Counted from the stretch's first letter, positions 24,747 through 38,119 are shown. The stretch is DNA of 64,000 bases from Guillardia theta CCMP2712 (GCF_000315625.1 NW_005434672.1:713374-777373), one strand, 5' to 3'. The notes: generated by a model not told the origin, from the letters alone. A program made the numbers and translations.

Positions 24747-25729
24747 CGACGCATGCAGCAAAGAATTTCCTAGTAAACATGTCATTGGGGATCTCATTCG
24801 ATTCATTCAGCACAAAAGAAGACATAGCCTGCACAGGCATCAGCTTATTGTGCTCTAAGCACGCTGGCTCCTAAGATGAAGATGTTCATGTCGTGCAGAT
24901 GATCTGGGATTGAGTTCGCTGCTACTGCAGGGCCTCAAGCATCACCAATTTGCGAAAGCCATTATCTACGTGGTTCTTCTATAATTGGTGATTGCGCTAA
25001 TCATAGTCAACACCTGAGAGCATGTCTGTCGACTAATCAACCATCAAACTAGTTTGAATAAGTGAAACTCCTGTTGCGACCTTTCTGATGCAAGTAAGCC
25101 TACCAAAGGGTCAATGATTACGCGATGGGGCTACAAGGAATTGAGTTTCTAGCGCACCATTACCATCTGTCGCAGATGATCTCTGCCTAGTGGTCAGTGC
25201 CTCCCCTCCTCCCTCCTCCCCTCGACCATCAGCCTGCTGGCACAACATTGCAACTAATATGGGGGAATGGTTCCCGACGAGCAGGGTGGGGTGATACAAT
25301 GGAGATATGGGGGTGGGGTAGCTCATCCTCGGGGTCCCTTCACACAATCTTCGATGTCATAGGGGGTGGGGCAATGGATTCAGACAGGTAGGGTAGTAGA
25401 GTTGGATAAGGTTGGGGGTAGAGGAACAAGCATGGCCTTTCTTATCGAGGGGGTAGGGGTGGAAAAGGGGGTGGTAGAAGTGTACCAGGGGTCAAGGTCC
25501 CCCAATCCCTGGCAAAGGGCGTAAATGGGAGGGGAGTATCACCCACCCCCTGCCAAAATTTGTTGGAGTGTTGGAGGTGGTGGGCGAAAATGTACTTAGG
25601 TGCTCGTCCCAACAACAGCAGGAGAAAGGAGGGGTACCATAAAATTTACCACCCCACCATACTATCCCACCCACCCTCCAGTCGTCCTACGCCTGATCGT
25701 TACATGACGGTTTCCAAAGTTCGATGCGC

Positions 25730-26160
25730 GTCGCCGCCGGCGCCGGGGCCCGGGCCGCCAAGCGGCCGGGCTGGCGCTCCGACGGGCTGAGTCTTCAAGT
25801 TCCCAACTTGAGTTAAGTTCAACTTCCGGTTGGCACCGGCCGCCCGGGCCGCGCCGCCGGCCGGGCCCCGGGCACACTGCCACTGGCCTGCCACCGTCAG
25901 TGAGAGGCCGGGCCGGCGCCGGTCGCCCGGCCCGGCCGCCGGCGGGCCCGATCGGCCGCGTGCCACTCATACTACTTCGGAGGCTCCGGGGCCTAGCCGA
26001 TGATACGGTCTATCAGGCTCTCATGTACCAGTGTGTGCGGCTCCGATTCACTGAGTCCGAGTTATTTCCGACTACTCCGACTGGCATTTTTAACTTACTA
26101 CCTTGAACTTTGAGTAAAGTTATTTCAGCCTCATTTTTAACTTAACTTTGAGTAAATGTT
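25730..26160. promoter_or_regulatory. GC-rich palindromic island with two AACTTTGAGTAAA copies, between divergent genes
   Basis: CCGG/GGCC-rich tract. TCAAGTT-CCC-AACTTGA inverted repeat at ~25795-25811. Motif copies at 26106-26118 and 26144-26156. Confidence 0.45.
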
Positions 26161-26932
26161 CACACCACCTGTTGTCACTCGGATAAGACCCTACCCTCAT
26201 AAATAGCCATCCTTTTATCTGTGAGGTACCGGTACCAGGAAATTTACACGATCCGGTCATGAGGGCTCTGATATGATGGATCCCCCGCCGATTCGTGGCT
26301 CGGGGAGGGGTGGGTAGTCGATTAGTGGTACTGAGAAGTTCACTTGAAAGGCTGGGGTCGGGTGGGGGTGGGGGGTGGCGGGAACTTTGGTGGTTACAGT
26401 ACCACCGGTACTGGTGAGGGATGTGAGGCCATGGGGGTGGTCCATGGGGGCGAGATAGAATTTTTGACAGTGCGGCAAGATAAGAGTCAAATGGCAGGAC
26501 GAGGAGAGGGAGGGAGGGGAGAGCGGTGAGAGATAGGGAAAGGAGAGCTTCAAACTAGAGGAGGTGCCAGGGAAGGATTCTACGAGAGGGGACGGGTAGG
26601 AAGGGGACACTGGGGACCAAAGTGGGAGGGTAGGGTGCCTTGTGGAGTGCAGGTGGTAAGGCAAGATTGGCAGTAACTGCACAGAAGCAGAAGATGATGA
26701 GAAAACAAGATCATTGTAGAGAACGAACGACGACGAGGTAGATTGCGACCTGGATATTGATGCTAGGAAAAAGCAAACACAAACATTAAATCTCCCAGGG
26801 ATAAGCTAGGAACTTCTTAGAGTTAGAACTTCCGCAACAAGTTTTATCGGCAACACTCTTCGCTTGCTGTTCTGCAGCTGCCCCTGACTGACGATGGCAT
26901 GCTATTAAGATTGCGGCAGTTGTAGGAGTGCC

Positions 26933-29341
26933 ATGATTGCTGCAAGCTCTACAGTCGCCGCCTCTTCCCTTCTGAAACCTCCCAGCCAGCCAACCCCCAC
27001 CCACAATCGCACCTCTTCTCTCTCCGTAACTTCACCTCTGCAGACCTTTGCTGACTCTGAAAGCGATCTTGACACTCTGATCCCACAATCATCGAGGCTG
27101 TTCGAGCTCCAAGTGCACAAACTGCATCATAACGGAACATGGCAGAGCAGGACTCTGATTGCAAACACGGAGTGGCTGTATGTTTTGATCAACACAAAAC
27201 CTCCCCCAGAGAAGGCTGGACCATGCTTGATGACAAACATCAATCTACTCTCTGAAACGACACAAGAGAATCTACGTTTGTCGAAAGGATGGCTGTACTT
27301 CCTGCCAACGGAGCATATCGACGATGTCGATGTGAATGCAGCAACGAGAAGTTATGATGCAGACAAGGTGAAGGTGAAGATGGAGCGTGAGGATGGAGGT
27401 AAAGGCCTCCTCCTCAGTTGTGCTGGGGACACGCTTCGGATAGAGTTCAACAGCTTTGAGGAGGCGCTGGACTGGTCCGAGGCGCTGGAGCAGCATGGAG
27501 TCTACAGGTCAAAAGAGAAGCAGAGCATATCAGATCGAATACCATGGAAGGAGATGAGGGACGTCAGCCTGCTGGGAGACGTAGGGGTGAAACCGCAACA
27601 CCACACCACCAGCCTTCACTTCGCTAACGTCGCCTTCGCCCGGAGCTTTTTAGTGGAAGGTGACGCGAGTGGGAGGGGCTGAAGAGGCGCGAGGGCGGGG
27701 ACTCACCGTGACGCTTGCAGGCGAAAAGATGGACAGCATGCAGGCTCACCGCGAGCTTCGCTTTCAGTTCTCCACGGAGCCAGGAGGATACAACTCTGGG
27801 CGCACTTTCATCTTCAAGTGCGTCAACGCGGAGGAGGAGAGGAGCAAGGTCGAGACCCTAACAGAGACGGCGAAGAGGGAGAGGAAAGCCGCACAACGGC
27901 TGAACCAATGGACTCTGCTGCAGAAGAGGATGAAGAGGACGTACTCGTCTGTGCTCTGTCAGAGTTTCATCGCAATCCTCCTCATCCTCAACTTCCTCGT
28001 CAACATCATCGAGAAGCAGACCAACCCGGAGTCAAACTCAAGCGCTGCTGCTTTGTTCGACAACCTCGATATCTTCTTCACAGGTGACGAGAGCTGCTCC
28101 AGGCGCTACTGAGCTCCTTCCAGTGATCTTCACCGTCGAGCTGATCCTCAACATCTGCTCGAACTTCTTCTGGGACTTTGTGCTTGACGGATGGAACATC
28201 TTTGACTTCATTATCATCGTCATCTCCATCCTCCAGCTTGCCCTCTCTGCAATTCCAGCCGTCAGGTCGCTCAGAACTTTCAGGACTTTCAGGATCATTC
28301 GCATGTTCGGCAAACTGAAGCGACTAAGGACCATCATCAACGCCATCTTCGCCAGCATCCTCCCTGTCCTCCAGACTCTGGCGATCTGCCTTGTTGTTGT
28401 GGCTGGTGACCCTCCACTCCCTCCTCCTCCCCCCTCCCTCTACTCCGTGCGCTTCCCTCCCCTGCCTTCTCTCCCTCCCTTTTCTTTGCGCTTGCCCATG
28501 GGCCACCAGAGTTGTGACTCTTGTCAGTCTACTGCAGCCTCGGAGTTGAGTTCTTCCGCTCCGAGTCGCCACGAGACTTCGGTGAGGGAGGAGGAGATTG
28601 TCAAGAGGGAAGAGGAGGGTCGTGAGAAGGGGGAGGAGGGGCAGGAGCAGCACCTGATGTGTGACAGGAAATTTCTTCCGCGGGTTCTACACGCTCTTCG
28701 GGGTGGTCGCCTACGGCAAGTGGCCTGACGACACTCTCCCTGCCTTCCGCGCGGACGGGACGGTCGATGTCGGGACAGTAGCATTCATCTACAGCTACGT
28801 GCTCATCGTCGTCATCGTCTTGCTGCAGGTGCTCGTTGCCGTCCTGCTCGAGAACTTCTTCACAGCCGCGAGGAACGAGAAGGCGAAGATCTTCGAGGAG
28901 CACGACCAGTCGGAGATGCTGAAGCTGCAGAACCCACTCGACAGTCTGCTCGACACCTTGAGCATCCAGTTCTCAACGCAGGGAGACCTGGAGGAGAGGA
29001 TAGACATGCTCTTCCGCGTCTTCGACAAGGACCGAGGAGGGACGCTGACGTTCGAGGAGCTCTCTGAGGGGCTTCACCGCCTCTTCCCGCACAGCAACCG
29101 CCTCTCTGAGGACGACTTCATCACCTTCTCCGGGGGTCTGGCCGAGCTGTCGCCCGAGCAGTTCCGCCAGCAGCTCTGGAAGGAGCTCAAGTCGCACTGG
29201 CTGAAGAAGATTGCGAGCACAGCGATGATGTTCGATAGCGAGAAGGAGACTGAGATCCTCCTGACCACCGTCAAGATCCTCATGGTCATGGCCGAGTCCT
29301 CCTTCAACAACTTCCTCGTCGACACAAAAGAGGTTCGCCCC

Positions 29342-29389
<48 letters not shown>

Positions 29390-29725
29390 TACTTTCTTCC
29401 TCCCCTCACGTCCTCACACTCCCTCCTACCGCTTCATCTCTCTCCTGTCGTCTCCCCCATCAAGGTGCTTGTTGACATCTGATCTCATCAGAAACAGAGA
29501 TCGTCAGAGAATCTCGCAGACAGCGCCGAACCACAATTCTTGCGATCGTCTTCCTATGTGAACCTCTCGGTGCGAGAGGAACTCGCTGCTCTGCAGGATC
29601 AGATGTCCAAGAACGACGAGCATTACAGGAGTTCGCTTGACGACATTCATCGCAAGATAGAAGGTCTCACTGATCTCATCACCACCCGCCTCACACCTCT
29701 GACAACGGGAAGTTTTGTAGCATGA
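26933..29725 (+). CDS. Single-domain (6TM) voltage-gated cation channel, EukCat/BacNav-like, with N-terminal PH-like region and C-terminal EF-hand
   Basis: S2 FTVIFTVELILN, S3 WNIFDFIII, S4 RSLRTFRTFRIIRMFGKLKRLR, pore FGNFFRGFYTLFGVVAYGKW, S6 LLQVLVAVLLENF, EF-hand DKDRGGTLTFEEL and a terminal coiled coil. Start is uncertain. Confidence 0.88.
29343..29389. repeat. (CCTG)n intronic microsatellite
   Basis: About 11 tandem CCTG units. Confidence 0.95.
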
Positions 29726-29856
29726 GACTCAACTAGGTAGTTACAAACAATTATGAAACAAACATGCACACCATCGCCCTCATTCGCTCCTCCCTCTCTC
29801 CCTCTCTCTCTCTCTCCCTCCCTCCCTCTCCCTATCTCATCCCCCTCCCCTCTCTC

Positions 29857-30982
29857 TCACCGCGCTCGATCCCCCTCCCTCGTCACCCCGAAGTAGGTCG
29901 CATAACCGTCTCGCCCAGGAAACTTCACCTCGTACTTCACCATCTCCACTGCTGGCTCGACGTGTTGGACGGGCATGGGGCTCTCCTTGCGGAGGCCGTA
30001 GAGAACGTCGCAGATGCGGAGGATGAGCGGATGCTGCTGAGTAGCGACGAACTCACTGAGGGGCATCCAGCGGCAATCACTGATCTCCTCCTCGTCCGCT
30101 GAGATCTCCAGCGTCTTCGGCACCAGCCTGCACACGACGTAGAGGTCGGACTTGCCCCATGTGAGACCATGTCGGTTCCAGAAGCAGAGGACGGAGGCAA
30201 AGTCGCAAGCTATCCCTGTCTCCTCGAACACTTCCCTGCATGCTCCTTCTTCGAAGGACTCTCCGAGGTCTAGCATGCCTCCCGGAAGCTTCCAGACCGG
30301 CGAGCTGGTCCGAGTTCTGTTCCCCGTGTACTCTTTCACGACCAGCAGCTCCCCCTTATCATTGAGAACAAAACCTGCACAGCCCACCTGATGGGTGGCA
30401 AAGTCTGGCACCTTGTCCTCCTCCCCCTCTCTCAGCCACAGCTTCAGCACCACATAGTCGTCCTTGGCATGGTGGAAGGTGAAGCCCTCGTTCGTGTTTG
30501 CGACAGCAGCAAAGCTCGACAGGGCGATGGGCAACTGGAGCCAGCATGACTTCATCTGCTCTGACTTGAGATGGCTCACGGTTGACCTCAGTCGAAGGGC
30601 AAACTGCTCCTGGGACAGGCACAAGTCTCGCAAGGAGCCTTCACGGAAATCGACCAACGCTCCCATGTAAGGCAGCTGCGACCATGGCAGGTGCGCCTCT
30701 GACGGGGCAGCAGACGTGGACATAGCCGTGCCAACTATGCCCCCTCTCAGTGCTCGGAAAGTCGAGGAGCTCCGAGTGCTGCCGATAGTCCTGCAGCGCA
30801 TGCGTCAGTGGCGCCCAACATGTACAGGCCAAGTCAAACCTGGGAGGAACGCCGCTCCGGCGAATGGAGCTGAGGCAGGAGGGTGACTTGAGCATGAAGG
30901 ACATGGAAATGAAGGCTGAGTTCTTCGATGCTCCTGACAGCGACTGAGCCATAGCCATCGCCATCGCCGCCGCTACCCCCAT
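29857..30982 (-). CDS. Nudix hydrolase, NUDT6/plant NUDX8-like, with N-terminal presequence
   Basis: GFTFHHA, ATHQVGCAGFV and Nudix box GGMLDLGESFEEGACREVFEETG. A phase-2 intron at ~30792-30839 joins ORFs 30641..30982 and 29857..30801. Confidence 0.9.
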
Positions 30983-32397
30983 GGCAGTTCTGACTCATAA
31001 AGCCTCAGTCCCGGGGGCCCCGTGCCCACCGTCCCAACCGGGCCCGACGCCGGTCCGCCGCCGGCGGGGGCCAGATAACTTCAGTCAGTGAAAGCCCAGG
31101 GCCGGATGTGGCCCTCATCCCCTCAGGTTCCCTTGAGACTTCCGAAGTTCCGGGACTCATCATGATATCTGCATGCTACTACCCCACGAGCTCAGGCTTT
31201 GGAACCCACCCCACCCCACCCCACCCCACCCCCCGCCCTCCAACTTGATCCGATCCTGGCGGCATTCATCATGGCATGCCGCACTGTGACGATGGCTCCG
31301 TAGCACGGTACCCTTCAAGGCACTGATACCATACCCACCCCCCCGCCCCACCCCCACTCCTCGGTCAGGTACCACCGACTCCCGGAGAATTCTCGGACCG
31401 GACCCCCACCCCCCTGAGGTTAGGCCGTTCAGGATTCGACTTGAGCTCAGGCCATTTTGGGCCGCTGAGGCTGAGCCACCCTACCCCCTTTACCCCCTGA
31501 TACTCCTGCGGAATCCTGGGGGTACAACTCGGATGTTTTTGGCGACCCGACATTCGCAGTTCTGGCCGCACTACTTGTAATGCCGCAGCACCCGTGACCC
31601 CACTACCCCCACCCCCCATTCCGGCTACCACCCCCATGACTGAGGCTAAAGCCTACCTGACCTGTTGCGAATACCGTAGTACCCCCGCCGCTGACATTGA
31701 ATTTGAAGTGGGAGTACCCCTTCTCGATCAGTCTTTATCACCGGTGTGGTCGAGTCACTACCCGTCACTGATATGACCATAAGCACCCCAAGTGGTAGCC
31801 GGCATACCCCCTCGCGAAGCAGATATACCACCCCTACTTGTTTCTAGATACTCCACAATCATGTCACTACCGGTCTGAGTTTCAACCACCCCCATTCCTA
31901 AAGGAAGCTTGAGGGGTGGTGATTTGGTGCTGAACCTTGTCGTCATGTCGGAGCCGCGGGGGATGCCGGGGGGCAGGAGGAGGTAGCGGTGTTTGATGCC
32001 ATGGTAGCAGGAGAGAAGGAGTAGCACACGCAGTGATGAGAAGAAGAAGGAAGGAAGGTTGCAGCAAACAACCAAGTGCCAGCGTTTAGACCTCTGGGTT
32101 GTAGGTGACAATACCTCACCAAAATAAAAGCACGTTGGATATCGCTGTTGGTTTTGTTGTAGCGAATCAAGAGAGAAGAAGGAGAGAGAAACAATGATAA
32201 AAACAAATGGACAAGAAATGAAAAAGCTTCACGCAATTCTAACAGAGTAAATATTTCACAAGGATGACTTATTGTTTGTAGGAGCAAGTAAATCACTGGT
32301 GCCCACTTTACAAGGTTTCGGATCATAGGTCATCAAAGTCAAAGTCTCGGCGTTGTCACAAAGCGAGAGCACAAGAAGGTGTGACGCAGTTGAGGCG

Positions 32398-32980
32398 ATG
32401 GAAGCGATCAAAGATAGCAAGGAACCGCTTGACTTCTGGTCGTGGTGGAACGACTTAATGTCATGCGGGTGTGGAGGGAGAGCAGGAGAGACCAAGTTCA
32501 CTCCTCCTAGCGTCTCCACCAGCAAGATGGATTTCAACACTCTGCAACCCAACAGAGGTTCCGTCGGCTTGATCCTTCAGAAACGCAACAACGAGTATGC
32601 AAACTTGGATGTCTCGTTGTGTCATTCGAAGATTAACTTGTTCCCTAGCCATGGCGGAATGCGAGTGGTTGCGATTGCAGCAGATGGTGACCGAGTCTCT
32701 TGTTTGTCGCCTGATTGACTTCATGGTACAGGGCCGGCAAGGAGGTGCGGGGTGATCAAGACAGGCATGCTCGTGGTACTCGCGTCCCCCGCTCTTATGT
32801 TGTGCATGACGTGGAGGGCGCAGAATGTCATCGATGGGACGCCCGTCGCAGACCTGACAGAAGACGAGGCACGTCATTCTCCTTGCTCGCGAGTTGAGGT
32901 TGACTGGTTGCGTCTCTCAGGCCGTCAGAAAAATGTTGGGGGTCGAGGGAACGACATTGAATCTCAGCCTACTAGACGAG
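32398..32980 (+). CDS. Small PDZ-domain protein (3' end unresolved)
   Basis: Spliced reading GSVGLILQK..GMRVVAIAADGPARRCGVIKTG..VIDGTPVADLT..AVRKMLGVEGTTLNLSL. Includes a probable GC-AG intron from 32869. Confidence 0.7.
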
Positions 32981-33267
32981 GTGACTCGTCCCTCCTTCCC
33001 CCTTGCCCCTCTTGCACTCCCTTCTCTCCTCCTGGTCCTGGTCTTGGTCGCCATGCCTTACAACTGCTCGACCACATTCCCCAGTACCCCCCCTCCCTGG
33101 AGCTTCTTTTCGATGCTCGAGTCTCCTCACACTCTGTTAGACTACTGGGCAGTTCTTCGACGTCTCGTTGGTTCGCGAGGTCTTGACTTCTGGCGCTCGC
33201 TTCTCTTTCCCGGGCATGTCGCGCTCGGGCAGAAACATTCGGATTTAGTCACGGACTTTATGAAGCT

Positions 33268-36200
33268 TCAAACGCTCATGGCTAGACAGACAGTCTCCAG
33301 TTGCACAGCTCTCGTAGCCAGCATCGCCATCGTCCTCCTCTCCTGCAGCTGGCTGTGCAACGCGTCGACCTCCTCCAGCTTATTCAATCGCTGCAACGTG
33401 TCTTGGTCGCAACAAATTTGTTCCTCACCTGCTGGCTCGTCAGCTTACTCGTCCTCCCTCAGCCAACAGCTCGCGCACCTGAGTCTAAGAGGCTGAGGAT
33501 GCGCCGGATGCTCCTCGCCGCCTTCATTGGCATCTCTATGACGTACATGATGTACTCCTTGGACTGCCGAAGGAAATTCCGCACAAGGTGCTCCCTGCAT
33601 GATCGTTATCGCTGCTCTCGCTCCTCCTCCTGTGGTACCTGGCCGCGTTGTAAGACAGGGTTGGGTTCTTTGACAACAGCATGATGTCGTCGACAGTCAA
33701 CAAGTCGAGCTTCATCACCGCGTTAACCACGAGGAACTGAAACGACAGAAGGTTCCTCGGGTTAAAAATTCCCAGCAAGAGCAGCGAGAGCTTTCTGAGG
33801 ATAGTTGGAGAGTGCCTGAGGCTCAAGGCGTGACAAGAGAGTCGAGGTACTTCACCTCACCTGATGGAGATAATGTTGTTGTAGTCCTCGCTGCCCTCCA
33901 CCTCTATCAGCGGATAGTTCGGGGAGCACAACCGCTCGCCGTCGACATAGAAAGCGAGCTGCAGCCGTACAAGTCATGCTCCCTTCTCCCCACCCGGAGG
34001 CAGGCGAGCAGCACGCGCACCTGATGCTGTCCAGCCGGGAGCTTGAGGGTGGTCCTGAACTCGTTGATGCCGTAGGCGAGGCGGTTCATCACAGTCTTCT
34101 TGCTCCACTGGTTGTAGGAGTCCACCAGCACCACCTAGACTTGCTCTCACTCAAGAGCTCCAGAGGGAGGCGGGCTTACCTCCTTGGGATGGCAGTGCGG
34201 GGGCATGTCCGGGGTCGTCATCCAGTTGATTTCCAGCTCCTGCCTCGTGACAAAGTCCAGCAAGTTCCTCCGAGCTGCCGCGATCTGCTCGCTGACGGAG
34301 CTGAGGCATCCCATGGGAACCTGCAGGAGGTTGCCGCAGAAGCGACGGACTGGAGAAGTTTTCTTGACTCCCGTGTCGAGGACGAGGAGGAGGTTCACAT
34401 CGCCCTCGTCGGACCAGAAGGGAACTTTGACCTGCCTGTCAACTTCCACGTCCTCGTCAAGGTACTGCCGGGGGATCCGCTCGCTCAGAGGATGCAGCGA
34501 GAGTTTGAACACGTCCTCGATGATCATCTTGTTGTACCCCAGCGAAGTGTCGAACCGGCGGAAACAGCCGCTCTCCCACACCCGCGTCTTCCTCCTCCAG
34601 CCTTTTCGCTGCAGGAAGTACTTGTACCACACTTGTCCCACATCTAGGAGAGGGTGAGGGTCAACGCCGAACGCGAGGAGAGGAGGGGCAAAGGAGGAAG
34701 AGATGAAGCAGCAGTTAAAAGGAGGAGAAGATACCAGACTTCTGCTTGAATGATGATGTCCACAAGGTCGATCCTCGGAGTGCAAGGACTCCCTCTCCCC
34801 TCGTCGCCATGGCGATGGTGTTGTTTCTCCGCGCGAGCTTCATCTTCCTCTCTCTTCGCTTTCGGTTCTTGTCATTACCGTAGAACTCGCAGACGAAGAG
34901 CTCCCATTGAGACTCGTCGACCTCGAAGTTGTGAGTGACGGCGTACAAGTCCACTTGAAGGAACTCATGCTTCATCATCTTCTCCTCCAGCCTCCTCTTC
35001 CCGTCCTTCACTAGTTCCACCGCCAGCTCGAACGGCCAACGCATCGTCCTCCTACCCACTCGTGCGACTGCGGGCAAAGTCAATAAAGCAAGCACGGAGT
35101 TGAGGGAAGTACGTTGAGAGACGAGAGCTGCTGACGTCACGCTCCCCTTGCCGATCGTCTTGGAGGCGATGGTGGACAGCAGCTTGTAGAACCTGCGGTA
35201 GGGTCAACGGCGGCTGAGAGGCCGAGAGTTCACCACGATTGGAACAGGAAAGGCTTCGGAAAGAAGATGGTGGAGGTCCAGGCAAGCAGCGATCGTAAGT
35301 TCCTGAAGCCGTGAAGGAGAGGCAGCGCAAGGTTCCGGGCAAAAGTGACGAGCAATGACCTGGGACGACGGGCAAACATGTCAGAGGGAGGGAATTGAAA
35401 AGCAGAGGGAGCAGGAGCCTCGGGTCACCTCAGGAGAAGGAAGGGATTGAGCTTCAGTGCAGACGACATGGTCCAGGTGAGCGCATGATCAGAGGAGACG
35501 AGAAAGAGACGCGCGGCAGTGAAGGAGAAGAGAAGAGCGAAACCCAGAACGCTGGACGTCACGTCGAGCGAGGTGTACATGACCTCCATCTGCCGAGTCA
35601 TCAGCAGGAGACGCAACGTCTCATGACTGACTCACCTGGAGGGCGAGGAAAGGATCGATCACCGCGTACTGCAGCCTCACGGGCAGTAGCGAGACCTTGC
35701 AGGCAGCGCGGCCGACGAACCCGACGGGGATCGCAACGACCTTCAAGATCTGAATCGCCTGGGAGAGGACGGGGACTGAGAGCCGCCGCGCTGCTTCCGT
35801 CCTCGCAGGTTCCGTCCTCGCAGGTTCCGTCCTCGCAGGTTCCGTCCTAGCAGCCTCTGTCCTTGCTGCTTCTGTCGGACATGGTTGATCGCCTTCTGAT
35901 ACCATGTTCGAGGGGTAAGACTTTTCTCTCTTCACCTTCACCTCTCCCTCCTCCAGCTCCTCTGCCTGCGCTTTCTCGCTACCCCGGCCCGGCGTGAGCG
36001 AGCGGCTGCGCCGCTCCAGCGTCATGACGAGAGTGCAGCCTAGCAAACCTTCTCCTTCCCAGCGGGAGGGAACCACCTTGACGTAGCGCAGGTACCCGTT
36101 GGAGCCCAAGACAACCATGACGAGCGGCTTATTCTCGTGCTGGTTGATCTCCTCCACCAGTGCTGTGTTGCCCTGCTTCTCGATGACGCTGAAGTCCACT

Positions 36201-36553
36201 CGCCCTATGGAGATGAGCTTCTCTCCCGAGACCAGCCCAGCGTTGGCTGATGGGGAGTTGGGTATGACGTCGTGAATGATCCCCAAGATCTCATTCGAGA
36301 ACCTCTCCTCCTCCTCCTCCTCCTCCTTGTCTGTAGACGTGCAAGGGGAGAAGTTCTCGGACATGCTTCGCATCGCCTTCTCTCTGTGCAACCCCTTAGA
36401 CATGGACAGGGCCTTTGGCCTGTACATGCGCAGTGAAGAAGAAGACATCGAAGACGCCATCTGGATGCCCTGAGCCGTCTTGCTGCACCCAAAACATAAG
36501 ATAATAGACAAGAAGATACAGGTCCATGCGGGGAGCGCGAGCAGATGACTCAT
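33268..36553 (-). CDS. Signal peptide + PSMD9/GRASP-type PDZ + hydrophobic segments + degenerate CBM48 + C-terminal helix (single gene model)
   Basis: PDZ motifs VIPNSPSANAGL and VVPSRWEGEGLLGC. CBM48 motifs VVLVDSYNQW..F.TTLKLPAGQHQLAFYVDG..YNNII. All GT-AG introns between the two domains have compatible phases. Confidence 0.68.
35791..35875. repeat. 15-bp coding tandem repeat encoding (TEPAR/TEAAR)n
   Basis: ttccgtcctcgcagg units inside the PDZ-CBM48 gene. Confidence 0.9.
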
Positions 36554-38119
36554 GAAGCGATTTGGAATTTGAATTCTGCTGGGATGACGCTTGTTTCTGT
36601 TGGAATCAGCAGAGCTCATCCTGATTGTAAGCTGATTTACTCGCAGCTGCCTATCAACCGCAGTGCCATCACTCATTCGTGTAATAGCGGCGGAGGTCTC
36701 TGTTTGATAGCTGTTCCAGCAACAACATGGAGAGACTGAAGGATCTCAGTGAGCCTTTTCCCGCAATACAGAAGGAAACTGTGATGTGAAAAAAGTCTTT
36801 CTCTCCCCCCCTCTTCTCTTGCAACCCTCGTACTTTAAACCTTCCCTTCGAACTCTTCAAAGGTCGTCGACCTGCTGTCTCTCTGTCTTTCAGTCTTGCC
36901 CACCTTTGAGAGTCTTTCAGCGGTGATGCTCATGTCTCCTCCTGCTTCACGGTTCTTCTCCACTGACTCCGACCTCCTCCTCTGCTCCACTCCTCCCCTT
37001 TAGCTCCCAACACCCGCCATGGCGAAGCAAAAACGTTTTAATTTTAGAATATTTTTGTTTAGAGTTGGAAATATCTTTTAATATTTTTACTTTGTATCTG
37101 TACCCGCTCATTCAAACAAAACATTTTTAAAAGATAGATATTGGTACTAGAGCTTACTAGGAGGACCCCAGCCTGGATTCAACACCTTATAAAAGTACTT
37201 ATGAAGAAGTACCTCACAAACTTCATACAAACACTTTTAAAAATCGTTTTACAGCACTGTCTTTGTTACGTTATAGACCCCTACCCCCCACCTTCCCCGC
37301 GAGACCCGGCGGCCCCCACTCACCAGCCTGCCATTGTCAGTGCCAGTGCCACCGGGTCCACGGCCCGGGTCCGCGGGATCCGGGGGGGCCGGCTGATGAT
37401 TTGAATCAGATTAATTCGTTCCAACGCTGCTTTCCCGTTTTTTGAAAAAGCGTGTAGCCTTTGCAGCATGCTGTTTTTGAACTGTCATGCCCTGAGGAGG
37501 GGAGAGGATGGGCAGGGGAGCTGTCGACGTGTTGACACACTGATGTAGATCAAACAAGACAGCCTCCTGCTGCTCTGCTCCGCTCCCCACCCCTCCCCAC
37601 TCGCCTCGTCTTTCCTCTCGTCCTCTCCGTTTTTCGTCTCCCCTCGTTCCCTTTACTTCCTACTACCGTACTTAAAGCAATGAAGCCCTTCTCTAACCTT
37701 GATGTGACGTGCTGCTACAGATTTTCTAGGTGACTGTGTGAACAAGGATGAATTCTTGGTCATCGCAGCTGCGATCTCCCCTGCGTAATGTAAGTGAAAG
37801 AGCTAACGGGGAGGCCAGCGCAACCTCTGCGAGAGTTTCTTTTGTGACTTCTGACTGCCGTTCAGCCTTCATCCCCCTTGCGCTCTCCCACACGGAAGAA
37901 GATTAACCCTGTGGGTCCCTGACTTGTCTTTCAGTCGAGTCCGCAGCTGTCGGCAAAGCTGAGCGCATTGCGCTCACTTTGCAGGCACTGCTGGGCGACC
38001 TCGACGGCTGCAGCTGATCGACAACTTGTGACACACTCTTGGCAGTTACGAACCAACGAGACTGTGATCGAGGGAGCTCAGTCCCCCAACCGTAAGAACA
38101 AGGTCACTGCTGATGTAAG

